Shown here: positions 26,317 through 34,313 of the stretch, in pieces
Layout of the letters: the number at the start of each line of letters is the position of its first letter
Numbering within the stretch: position 1 is the first letter of the stretch
Source of the DNA: Bacteroidales bacterium
GTDB lineage: Bacteria > Bacteroidota > Bacteroidia > Bacteroidales > UBA1402
Reading direction: 5' to 3'
Assembly: GCA_028709215.1 (NCBI GenBank)
Contig: JAQVXI010000004.1
Coordinates: 70,874-134,873, forward strand
Length of the DNA stretch: 64,000 bases
Notes under the pieces: generated by a model
The model's database searches: none
Told to the model about the DNA's origin: nothing
The model's input: only the letters and a program-made list of their open reading frames with translations
Translations under genes and position numbers: made by a program

Positions 26317-26324
26317 CAAAAGTA
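26317..26324 (-). promoter_or_regulatory. -7 promoter box (TACTTTTG) on the minus strand, upstream of the orphan terminator
   Basis: The minus strand reads TACTTTTG, matching TAnnTTTG, about 43 nt upstream of the hairpin. Confidence 0.4.
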
Positions 26325-26506
26325 CATCCATTTTTTTGAAACGGCAAGGGTGCAATTGCTACTAATTGCTATTTTTTCACTAATAAAGGATAATTTAATG
26401 TGTTTCTGTAATCCTTTTCATAAAATTGGATGCAAAACACTTGCATAGCCATTGAATTGTTATTATCCTTGCAATATGAAAACCTTAAACACGGCACAAT
26501 ATTCCT

Positions 26507-27193
26507 ATGAAACGAATTCTAATTGTCGAAGATGACATTGCCCTATGCACCTTGCTGGCACATTTTATGCGTGAGAACAGATTTGAAGTTGAAGAATGTC
26601 ATACCCTCAAAGACGCACACATAAAACTTCGCTTATTTGTTCCGGACCTGGTCATACTCGACATCTATCTTGCTGATGGACATGGCATGGACCTAGCCCA
26701 TAAGATTCGAAAGGAATCAATGCCCATCCCTGTGATTTACACAACAGCATGCAGCGATAAGGAAACCATCGAAGTAGGCAACTTCACTGCAGAAGACTTT
26801 ATATTAAAGCCGTACAATAAATATGATTTACTGGCCAAAGTCAAAAAGAATCTGGGAGATGTGCCCAGCAAGAATATTCGAAAAATCGGAAGATATGGAT
26901 ACATCCCTGAAAACGGACAACTGGTCTTCCAGGATGGAAGCTACGAGACATTGACCTACATAGAATCCGAAATATTAAATCGACTCAGCGTCGATCTGGG
27001 CAAACCCATAAGAAAAGCAGACCTGATTGATTCGGTATGGAATAAAGACGAGAAGTCGATGTCCAAGAGTCTGGACGGCGTCATCGTAAAACTGCGCAAA
27101 CACTTTGTCAAGGACCCCCAAGTCTGCTTTAAAAGTCTCAAAAACTACGGGTACAAACTGATGGTAAATCCCGAACGTACGGAGTCCATGTAA
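26507..27193 (+). CDS. OmpR/PhoB-type response regulator (REC plus winged-helix), no adjacent histidine kinase
   Basis: 228 aa. REC domain: ILIVEDD, LVILDIYLADGHG (phospho-acceptor Asp), FILKPY. C-terminal winged helix: LTYIESEILNRL...SLDGVIVKLRKH...GYKL. Confidence 0.85.
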   Translation: MKRILIVEDDIALCTLLAHFMRENRFEVEECHTLKDAHIKLRLFVPDLVILDIYLADGHGMDLAHKIRKESMPIPVIYTTACSDKETIEVGNFTAEDFILKPYNKYDLLAKVKKNLGDVPSKNIRKIGRYGYIPENGQLVFQDGSYETLTYIESEILNRLSVDLGKPIRKADLIDSVWNKDEKSMSKSLDGVIVKLRKHFVKDPQVCFKSLKNYGYKLMVNPERTESM

Positions 27194-27217
27194 GCAACAT
27201 CCTCCAATCACACGAAA

Positions 27218-27248
27218 AACAGGGGCCACTTAAAAAGCGACCCCTGTT
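27218..27248. terminator. hairpin between the convergent response-regulator and secDF genes
   Basis: AACAGGGG (27218-27225) pairs with CCCCTGTT (27241-27248), with a 15-nt loop. A-rich and T-rich flanks. Confidence 0.5.
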
Positions 27249-27272
27249 AATATATGTACACGATCCAAGCGA

Positions 27273-30266
27273 TTACTTTTCGTCTTCGTGATCTTCGTCG
27301 TGAATACCCAATTGCTTCTTCTGAATATCATAGGCTACCGGAGCCGCAATAAACAGCGTAGAGTACGTTCCGGTAATCACACCCACCAACATGGCAAAGG
27401 CAAATCCACGAATGGTATCCCCTCCAAACAGGAAGATGGCCAATAACACAACCAAGGTACTCAACGAGGTACTAAATGTACGAATCAAGGTCATATTCAT
27501 GGATTCATTCATCAACCGCTTTTTGTTGCGTTTCGGATAATAACCAACCATTTCACGTACACGGTCAAAAATTACGACCGTATCGTTGACCGAATAACCG
27601 ATGATGGTCAAAATTGCAGCAATAAAGGTTTGATCGATCTCAAGAGAGAAAGGCAGGATGTTGTAGAACAAAGAATAGATACCGATGATCAACAACACAT
27701 CGTGTGCAATCGACGCCAGTGCTCCCATACTGTATGAGATGTTGCGGAATCGAAGCAAAATGTACAAGCCGATAATAATCAAGGAAAAGAAAATCGCCCA
27801 CACGGCCGCACGCTTGACATCATCCGCAATGGATGGACCAACCTTCTGAGAATTGAGTACGTGGATTGTTTTAAATTCATCCAGTGTGACGGTTTCTGCC
27901 AAATACGGCTTCATTCCTTCATACAACAAGGCTTCCAATTCATCGTCAACGGTGCTGCTTTCATCATCGATACGGTAGTTGGTGGTTACACGCACCTGAT
28001 TTTCCGATCCAATGGTAATGACAGAAACCGATGCGTTCTCAAACTGAGCCTGAACGCTGTTTAACACGTCGCTGGTCTGAACCGGTTGATCGAAGCGCAC
28101 CACATAGTTGCGACCACCTGAGAAATCAACCCCTTGACTCAAACCCCGTACAAAGAAGGAAACAACGGCTATCGTCAAAATGGTACCGGATATGATGTAA
28201 CCAATCTTACGTTTTCCGATGAAATCAAAATTATTGTTGCTCAGCAAGTTTCGTGTTAATTTGGTATCAAACGTCAGATTGAGCAATTTATCCTTGGCGT
28301 GGAATGCTTCAAAAATCAAACGCGTAATAAAGACACCCGTAAAGACAGAGGTCAAAATACCAATAATCAACGTAGTTGCAAAACCTTTGATGGGGCCGGT
28401 TCCAAAATAGAACAAGACGATACCGGTCAACAAAGTTGTTATATTTCCGTCCAGAATGGCGGACAAAGCATTCTTGTATCCATCCGCAAGCGCCTTCTTC
28501 ATACCCTTACCGGACTTTAACTCTTCTTTGATGCGCTCATAGATCAACACATTCGCATCGACGGCCATCCCCAGCGTAAGAACGATCCCCGCAATACCGG
28601 GCAAGGTCAATACGGCTTGGAACGATGCCAGAATACCAAACAGGAAGAAAACATTGATCAACAAACTTGCATCGACGATCAACCCGGCAATCACACCGTA
28701 GTTCATCTGCATATACAGCAAGACAAGGACAAAGGCGATCAGGAACGAAATAAAACCGGCACGAATGGCCTCCGCTCCCAAGGATGGTCCAACGACATCT
28801 TCCTGTACAATGTGTGCAGGTGCAGGCATCTTACCCGACTTCAACACATTGGCCAAGTCCTTTGCATCATTGGCAGAAAAATTCCCGGTAATTTCTGAAG
28901 AACCTCCGGCAATTTCGCCCTGCACACGAGGATACGAATAAACATACCCGTCCAAAACAATGGCAATGCTACTTCCAATATTATCTTTGGTCAAACGAGC
29001 CCATACTTTGGCTCCTTCGGCATTCATACTCATATTTACCTTCGCATAGCCGGTTGTCTGATGGAAATCATCGCGCGCATCCGTAATGACATCACCTTCC
29101 AAAGGCGCTCTTCCATCACGACTAGTCACCTTCAAAGCAACCAGTTCGAATAAAGGCGTTTTTACATCCACCGGATTGACAGACCAGGCAAACTTCACGT
29201 CACGTGGCAATACTTCTTTGACCTTACGCTCATTCAGATAACGATTGACCGTTGCGGTATCACGTCCCAGGGCATACCCTACGACAGGACCGGAACCGAC
29301 ACCCTGTTCCGATTGGTTGAGTTGTAATACGGAAAACAAAGGATATTCCTTTTTCCATTCTTCAAAACTGGCAGCCTCATCCGTAGAATCGGTTTCACCC
29401 AATTTGGCCAACAAATCGTCTTCGACGGACGTTTCAGCCTCAATCGTTTCTTCCGTTTCTTCTAATGAATCGATCGCAGCATTTTCCTCCGTGACTCCTA
29501 CATTTTGCATGTCACGAACAATGTTGTTCGCCAATACAATGGACTCATACAATTGAGAGAACTCATACGTTTCCCAAAATTCCAGATTGGCAGAACCTTG
29601 CAGCAACTTACGAACACGTTCGGGTTCTTTGACACCGGGAAGTTCGATCAGAATGCGTCCGGTACCCTCCATTCGCTGAATATTGGGTTGAACCACACCG
29701 AAACGGTCGATACGGGTACGCAAGACATTGAACGAATTCTCAATGGCAGAATTTACTTCTCCACGCAAAACTTCCAAAACTTCTTCATCGGTCGATTGCG
29801 GTGTAATGCGACTCTTTAATTCAAACGTACTGAAAATAGCAGACAGACGTGCGCCCGGATCCAACTTCTTGTACGACTCATAAAATAAGTCTATATAATT
29901 CTTCTGACTGGATTTCATTTGCTCGGAAGCCTCGGCCAGTGCCTTGTTGAACGTCGGATCCGGATGCTCGTTGGAGAGGGCACGAATCACATCCGGAATG
30001 GATAATTCCAAAATGACATTCATTCCTCCCTTGAGGTCCAAACCCATGTTGATCACTTTTTCACGGCATTCAGCATAAGTCATCCCCAGATAAACCTTTT
30101 CGGTTTCCAGAGAATCCAAATAATACGCCAATCGATCCGAGTCGCCCATGGATAATGCCTCTGCTTTCTTTTCAACGCGATTGCTGACAACCGTAAAGGA
30201 AAGGTAGTAGAGACACACCAGAGTGAGCAATACGGCAAAGATTCTAACAAATCCCTTGTTTTGCAT
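27273..30266 (-). CDS. secDF: protein translocase subunit SecDF (fused)
   Basis: 997 aa. Typical Bacteroidetes SecD-SecF fusion with 12 predicted TM segments and a large periplasmic loop. N-terminus MQNKGFVRIFAVLLTLVCLYYLSFT. Confidence 0.92.
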   Translation of the reverse strand: MQNKGFVRIFAVLLTLVCLYYLSFTVVSNRVEKKAEALSMGDSDRLAYYLDSLETEKVYLGMTYAECREKVINMGLDLKGGMNVILELSIPDVIRALSNEHPDPTFNKALAEASEQMKSSQKNYIDLFYESYKKLDPGARLSAIFSTFELKSRITPQSTDEEVLEVLRGEVNSAIENSFNVLRTRIDRFGVVQPNIQRMEGTGRILIELPGVKEPERVRKLLQGSANLEFWETYEFSQLYESIVLANNIVRDMQNVGVTEENAAIDSLEETEETIEAETSVEDDLLAKLGETDSTDEAASFEEWKKEYPLFSVLQLNQSEQGVGSGPVVGYALGRDTATVNRYLNERKVKEVLPRDVKFAWSVNPVDVKTPLFELVALKVTSRDGRAPLEGDVITDARDDFHQTTGYAKVNMSMNAEGAKVWARLTKDNIGSSIAIVLDGYVYSYPRVQGEIAGGSSEITGNFSANDAKDLANVLKSGKMPAPAHIVQEDVVGPSLGAEAIRAGFISFLIAFVLVLLYMQMNYGVIAGLIVDASLLINVFFLFGILASFQAVLTLPGIAGIVLTLGMAVDANVLIYERIKEELKSGKGMKKALADGYKNALSAILDGNITTLLTGIVLFYFGTGPIKGFATTLIIGILTSVFTGVFITRLIFEAFHAKDKLLNLTFDTKLTRNLLSNNNFDFIGKRKIGYIISGTILTIAVVSFFVRGLSQGVDFSGGRNYVVRFDQPVQTSDVLNSVQAQFENASVSVITIGSENQVRVTTNYRIDDESSTVDDELEALLYEGMKPYLAETVTLDEFKTIHVLNSQKVGPSIADDVKRAAVWAIFFSLIIIGLYILLRFRNISYSMGALASIAHDVLLIIGIYSLFYNILPFSLEIDQTFIAAILTIIGYSVNDTVVIFDRVREMVGYYPKRNKKRLMNESMNMTLIRTFSTSLSTLVVLLAIFLFGGDTIRGFAFAMLVGVITGTYSTLFIAAPVAYDIQKKQLGIHDEDHEDEK

Positions 30267-30321
30267 GTTGTGTTTTGTTTTTCAGATATAATATGCTATT
30301 TATTCGTTTTTTTTCGAACCG

Positions 30322-30329
30322 CAAAGATA
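30322..30329 (-). promoter_or_regulatory. -7 promoter box (TATCTTTG) for secDF
   Basis: The minus strand reads TATCTTTG, 56 nt upstream of the ATG at 30266. Confidence 0.4.
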
Positions 30330-30370
30330 TAGTATTTTTTCATTGAAACGGAAACGGATACTTAAAAAAA

Positions 30371-32461
30371 TCAAAGTCCACGGCGTTCAATCAAGGCTGA
30401 AGGATCCGGTTCTGCACCACGAAAAGCCTTATACAGCGTCATCGGATCTTCGCTGTTGCCGCGTTCCAAAACGTTCTCACGAAACAATCGAGCCGTTTGA
30501 GGATCAAAAATCCCTTTTTCTTCAAACGCTTTGAACGCATCCGAATCCAACACCTCTGCCCATAAGTAGGCATAATAACCGGCAGAATATCCTCCGCTAA
30601 AAATATGATTAAAGAAGGTACTTCGATAGCGTGGCAAAATTTCATCAATCAATCCGATCTCCTTCATTGCATCGGATTCGAATCCTCGCACATCCCCGTC
30701 AACGGTCGCAGTCTGTGTATGCCATTTCATATCCAGAATGGCGGCTGCAACCAGCTCCGTGGTCATAAACCCTTGATTGAACGTTGAGGTTTGTGCAATT
30801 TTCTGAATCAACTCATCGGGAATGACCTCTCCGGTCTGGTAGTGATGTGCATACATTTTCAAGACTTCCGGATGAACGGCCCAATGTTCCATGATTTGAG
30901 AAGGCAACTCCACAAAGTCACGTGCGACATTGGTTCCACTCGTAGACAAATATTGACAGCGAGTCAACAAGCCATGCAAGCCATGACCAAACTCATGAAA
31001 GAGGGTCTCGACTTCATCCAACGTCAACAAAGAAGGAGCATCGGCTGTTGGACGTGTAAAATTGCCCACATTGTACACAATGGGACGGACATCCTTGCCC
31101 TCAAACTGATATTGCTCTCCGAAATTACCCATCCAGGCACCGGCACGCTTACCGGGTCTTGGGAAATAGTCGGTCAAGAAAATCCCAACCTGCGAACCAT
31201 CGGCGTTCAACACTTCAAAAACCTCCACTTCAGAATGGTATACCGGCATGCCTTCAAGCTTCTTAAACTGAATGCCGTACAACTTTTCGGCAACATCAAA
31301 GGCTCCCTGGCGTACCTTTTCCAAAGAAAAATAGGGACGCAGTACGGACTCGTCCAAATCAAATCGCTGCTGACGTAATTTCTCTGCATAATACCACCAA
31401 TCCCAGGCCTTCAACTGAAAATCACCGCCTTCAGCATCAACAATCTGTTGCATGTCGTAGACCTCTTGTTTTGCTTTGGCGACGCCTTTGACCCAGATCT
31501 GGTCCAAAAAAGACATCACTGCTTCCGGAGTCTTCGCCATATTTTCTTCCAAAACAAAAGCGGCATGCGTGGGGTAACCCAACAGATTGGCTTTTTCCAA
31601 TCTCAATGCTGCAATTCGACGCACCACTTCCTTATTGTCCTGATCGTTGTCCTGATCGGCACGTACGTTGTATGCACGAAACATTTGTTCACGCAAGGCA
31701 CGATTCTGCGCATATTGCATGAAGGGGATCCAACTGGGCTTGTGTAAGGTAAACATCCATTTGCCATCCAGCCCTTCTTCTTTTGCCGCAACGGCGGCCG
31801 CTTCAATGGAGGCTGCCGGCAATCCGGCCAAATCGTCTTGATTTTCAACAATCAGCTTAAAATCGTTGGTTTCTTTTAGAACGTTATCCGAAAACTTCAG
31901 GTTCAACAAACCCAATTCTTTATTGATTTCACGCATGCGTGCCTGATCTGCCTCATTCAACGAAGCCCCCGAGCGCACAAAATCCTTGTAATAGTCTTCA
32001 AGCAAACGTTCCTGTTCACGATTGAGGCCCAAAGTCGCCCGTTGTTCGTAAACGGATTGAATGCGCTCAAAGAGTTCGGCATTCAAATACATATTGTCGC
32101 TGTGTTCAGACAATTCCGGCGAAATGGTCTGAGCAATTTCGTTCATCTCATCGTTGGTCTCATTGGAGGTCAAGGTAAAAAAGACCAGACTCACCTTACG
32201 TAGCAGTTCCCCGGAATAATCCAATCGTTCAAGGGTATTCTCAAACGTCGGAGCCTCTGTATTGGACACAATCGCCTCAATTTCTGCCACATGCTGCTTT
32301 ATGCCTTCTCGAAAAGCGGGCAAATAATGCGCTGTTTTGATTTGATCAAACGGAGGAATGGAATGTGGAGTATCGTACGCTGTAAAAAAAGGATTGGACG
32401 GTTGCTGCGTACAAGCCAGTAAAGTCAATGCACTCATGAATAGTATTCGTATTTTTTTCAT
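30371..32461 (-). CDS. dcp: M3-family metallopeptidase (peptidyl-dipeptidase Dcp-like)
   Basis: 696 aa. Signal/lipoprotein N-terminus. Zinc motif FHEFGHGLH. Confidence 0.88.
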   Translation of the reverse strand: MKKIRILFMSALTLLACTQQPSNPFFTAYDTPHSIPPFDQIKTAHYLPAFREGIKQHVAEIEAIVSNTEAPTFENTLERLDYSGELLRKVSLVFFTLTSNETNDEMNEIAQTISPELSEHSDNMYLNAELFERIQSVYEQRATLGLNREQERLLEDYYKDFVRSGASLNEADQARMREINKELGLLNLKFSDNVLKETNDFKLIVENQDDLAGLPAASIEAAAVAAKEEGLDGKWMFTLHKPSWIPFMQYAQNRALREQMFRAYNVRADQDNDQDNKEVVRRIAALRLEKANLLGYPTHAAFVLEENMAKTPEAVMSFLDQIWVKGVAKAKQEVYDMQQIVDAEGGDFQLKAWDWWYYAEKLRQQRFDLDESVLRPYFSLEKVRQGAFDVAEKLYGIQFKKLEGMPVYHSEVEVFEVLNADGSQVGIFLTDYFPRPGKRAGAWMGNFGEQYQFEGKDVRPIVYNVGNFTRPTADAPSLLTLDEVETLFHEFGHGLHGLLTRCQYLSTSGTNVARDFVELPSQIMEHWAVHPEVLKMYAHHYQTGEVIPDELIQKIAQTSTFNQGFMTTELVAAAILDMKWHTQTATVDGDVRGFESDAMKEIGLIDEILPRYRSTFFNHIFSGGYSAGYYAYLWAEVLDSDAFKAFEEKGIFDPQTARLFRENVLERGNSEDPMTLYKAFRGAEPDPSALIERRGL

Positions 32462-32486
32462 CTTGTTAAAATTTTAGCAATTAGCA

Positions 32487-32494
32487 CAAAAATA
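32487..32494 (-). promoter_or_regulatory. -7 promoter box (TATTTTTG) for dcp
   Basis: The minus strand reads TATTTTTG, 26 nt upstream of the ATG at 32461. Confidence 0.35.
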
Positions 32495-32546
32495 GACATT
32501 TACCCACAAATACACGACTTTTTTTGCTAAAATATCACATTTGAGA

Positions 32547-32554
32547 TATCTTTG
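32547..32554 (+). promoter_or_regulatory. -7 promoter box (TATCTTTG) for the aldo/keto reductase gene
   Basis: Matches TAnnTTTG, 21 nt upstream of the ATG at 32575. Confidence 0.4.
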
Positions 32555-32574
32555 AAGCATATACATCCAAGAAC

Positions 32575-33573
32575 ATGACACACAAACCCGCATCAGACCG
32601 CTACGAACACATGCCATACATCGCCAGTGGCGACTCCGGCTTGAAGATCCCACGTATTTCCATGGGCCTATGGCACAATTTCGGCGAAGCCGACAACCCA
32701 ATAAAGGCTCGTGAAATCCTTTTACATGCTTTTGATCGTGGAGTCACCTATTTTGATCTGGCAAACAACTACGGCCCTCCTCCCGGTTCTGCCGAAACGT
32801 TTTTTGGTGCATTTCTAAAGCAAGATTTGTCCAAACACCGGGACGAATTACTCATCGCTACCAAAGCAGGACATGCAATGTGGGAAGGTCCTTATGGAGA
32901 CGGAAGTAGTCGGAAAAACCTGATGGCCAGCCTGAATCAAAGTTTGAAGCGACTGCAACTGGATTACGTAGATATTTTTTATTCCCATCGATACGACACC
33001 GAAACGCCTTTGGAAGAGACACTTCAAGCACTGGTTGACATCGTACGCTCCGGAAAAGCGCTGTACATCGGACTTTCGAAATACCCGCCCAAACAGGCGA
33101 CCGAAGCTTATGCTTTCCTCCGATCAAACGGTTGTCCCTGCGTCATTCAACAAGACCGTTACAGCCTACTTTCACGCAAGGTGGAACAGGGCGTACTGGA
33201 TACGGCGGCCGAAAACGGAGTGGGCTTTTGCGCGTTTAGCCCCTTGGCTCAAGGACTCCTTACCGATCGCTATTTGGACGGCATTCCTGCCGATGCACGC
33301 ATGAACAAAAGTCCGTTCTTGAAGCAAACCGATTTGTCAAAAGAAAAGCTCCACGCACTCCAACAACTCAGTCAGCACGCAGCGCAACGCGGACAAAAGC
33401 TATCACAAATGGCATTGGCCTGGTTGTTGCACGATGCACGTGTGAGTACCGTTTTGATTGGCAGCAGTTCGGTTCAGCAACTGTCTGAAAACCTTCATTG
33501 CTTGGAAAACACCCATTTCGAAGCCGAGGAACTCAATCGGATACACCAAATCATTGACCCGTTTGCTGTATGA
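32575..33573 (+). CDS. aldo/keto reductase (YghZ / L-glyceraldehyde-3-phosphate reductase-like)
   Basis: 332 aa. AKR motifs GVTYFDLANNYG, DYVDIFYSHRYD, LAWLL...VLIGSSS. Confidence 0.85.
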   Translation: MTHKPASDRYEHMPYIASGDSGLKIPRISMGLWHNFGEADNPIKAREILLHAFDRGVTYFDLANNYGPPPGSAETFFGAFLKQDLSKHRDELLIATKAGHAMWEGPYGDGSSRKNLMASLNQSLKRLQLDYVDIFYSHRYDTETPLEETLQALVDIVRSGKALYIGLSKYPPKQATEAYAFLRSNGCPCVIQQDRYSLLSRKVEQGVLDTAAENGVGFCAFSPLAQGLLTDRYLDGIPADARMNKSPFLKQTDLSKEKLHALQQLSQHAAQRGQKLSQMALAWLLHDARVSTVLIGSSSVQQLSENLHCLENTHFEAEELNRIHQIIDPFAV

Positions 33574-34004
33574 GACACGTTGTGTATCTCGCAATCGTAG
33601 GCTGCCTATTGGGATGCAGCAACGAAGATGCCTTCATTCCGGACCGACCCGTCTACCTGGAACGAAACATTCTGACATACAAACTAACCACTCCAGGCTC
33701 CTACCTTTACATTGACAGCCCGCAGCTTTCCAAAGATCGCATTGGCTTTGGCGGAGTTTTGATCTATTTGGACTTTTTTGGGAATTACAGAGCCGTCGAC
33801 TTGGCGTGTACCAACGAGCGGGATCCTAACATACGCATTGGACCGCCAAACGGGAATCTCATCTGTACCTGTGAAACTTGCGGAGAGCAATACGACCTGA
33901 GCAACAGCCACCCAAATCCGCTCAAAGGCATTGCAAAAGGAGTGCTTCGATCGTACCGGGTCAATTTGGACGAAGCTCGCAACCTTATTTACGTCCGTAA
34001 TTAA
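33570..34004 (+). CDS. hypothetical lipoprotein
   Basis: 144 aa. Lipobox LLGCSNE. Cys cluster CTNE...CTCETCG. ATGA overlap with the upstream AKR gene. Confidence 0.5.
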   Translation: MRHVVYLAIVGCLLGCSNEDAFIPDRPVYLERNILTYKLTTPGSYLYIDSPQLSKDRIGFGGVLIYLDFFGNYRAVDLACTNERDPNIRIGPPNGNLICTCETCGEQYDLSNSHPNPLKGIAKGVLRSYRVNLDEARNLIYVRN

Positions 34005-34036
34005 TGCTTTTTTGTTGCATTGAATAAAAAATATCG

Positions 34037-34044
34037 TATATTTG
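34037..34044 (+). promoter_or_regulatory. -7 promoter box (TATATTTG) for the tRNA-Gly/tRNA-Leu pair
   Basis: Matches TAnnTTTG, 29 nt upstream of tRNA-Gly. Confidence 0.45.
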
Positions 34045-34072
34045 CGCCCGCAATTACCAGTGCAATCATCTT

Positions 34073-34148
34073 GCGAAAATAGCTCAGTTGGTAGAGCACA
34101 ACCTTGCCAAGGTTGGGGTCGCGGGTTCGAGTCCCGTTTTTCGCTCCA
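34073..34148 (+). tRNA. tRNA-Gly (anticodon GCC), CCA encoded
   Basis: GCGAAAATAGCTCAGTTGGTAGAGCACAACCTTGCCAAGGTTGGGGTCGCGGGTTCGAGTCCCGTTTTTCGCTCCA. Anticodon loop TTGCCAA. Confidence 0.92.
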
Positions 34149-34152
34149 TGTT

Positions 34153-34236
34153 GCCCGAATGGTGGAATGGTAGACACGAAGGACTTAAAATCCTTTGGCC
34201 ATTGCGGCTGTGCCGGTTCGAGTCCGGCTTCGGGTA
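34153..34236 (+). tRNA. tRNA-Leu (anticodon TAA), long variable arm
   Basis: GCCCGAATGGTGGAATGGTAGACACGAAGGACTTAAAATCCTTTGGCCATTGCGGCTGTGCCGGTTCGAGTCCGGCTTCGGGTA. Anticodon loop CTTAAAA. Class II variable arm. Confidence 0.9.
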
Positions 34237-34242
34237 CACATT

Positions 34243-34276
34243 AAACGCAAACGCTTAACGGGGTTTGCGTTTTTTT
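34243..34276 (+). terminator. rho-independent terminator after tRNA-Leu
   Basis: 10-bp stem AAACGCAAAC (34243-34252) pairs with GTTTGCGTTT (34263-34272), followed by a T-run to 34276. Confidence 0.8.
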
Positions 34277-34313
34277 AATATCTTGCAAAGCAAAATCCAT
34301 TAACTTTGCACGT

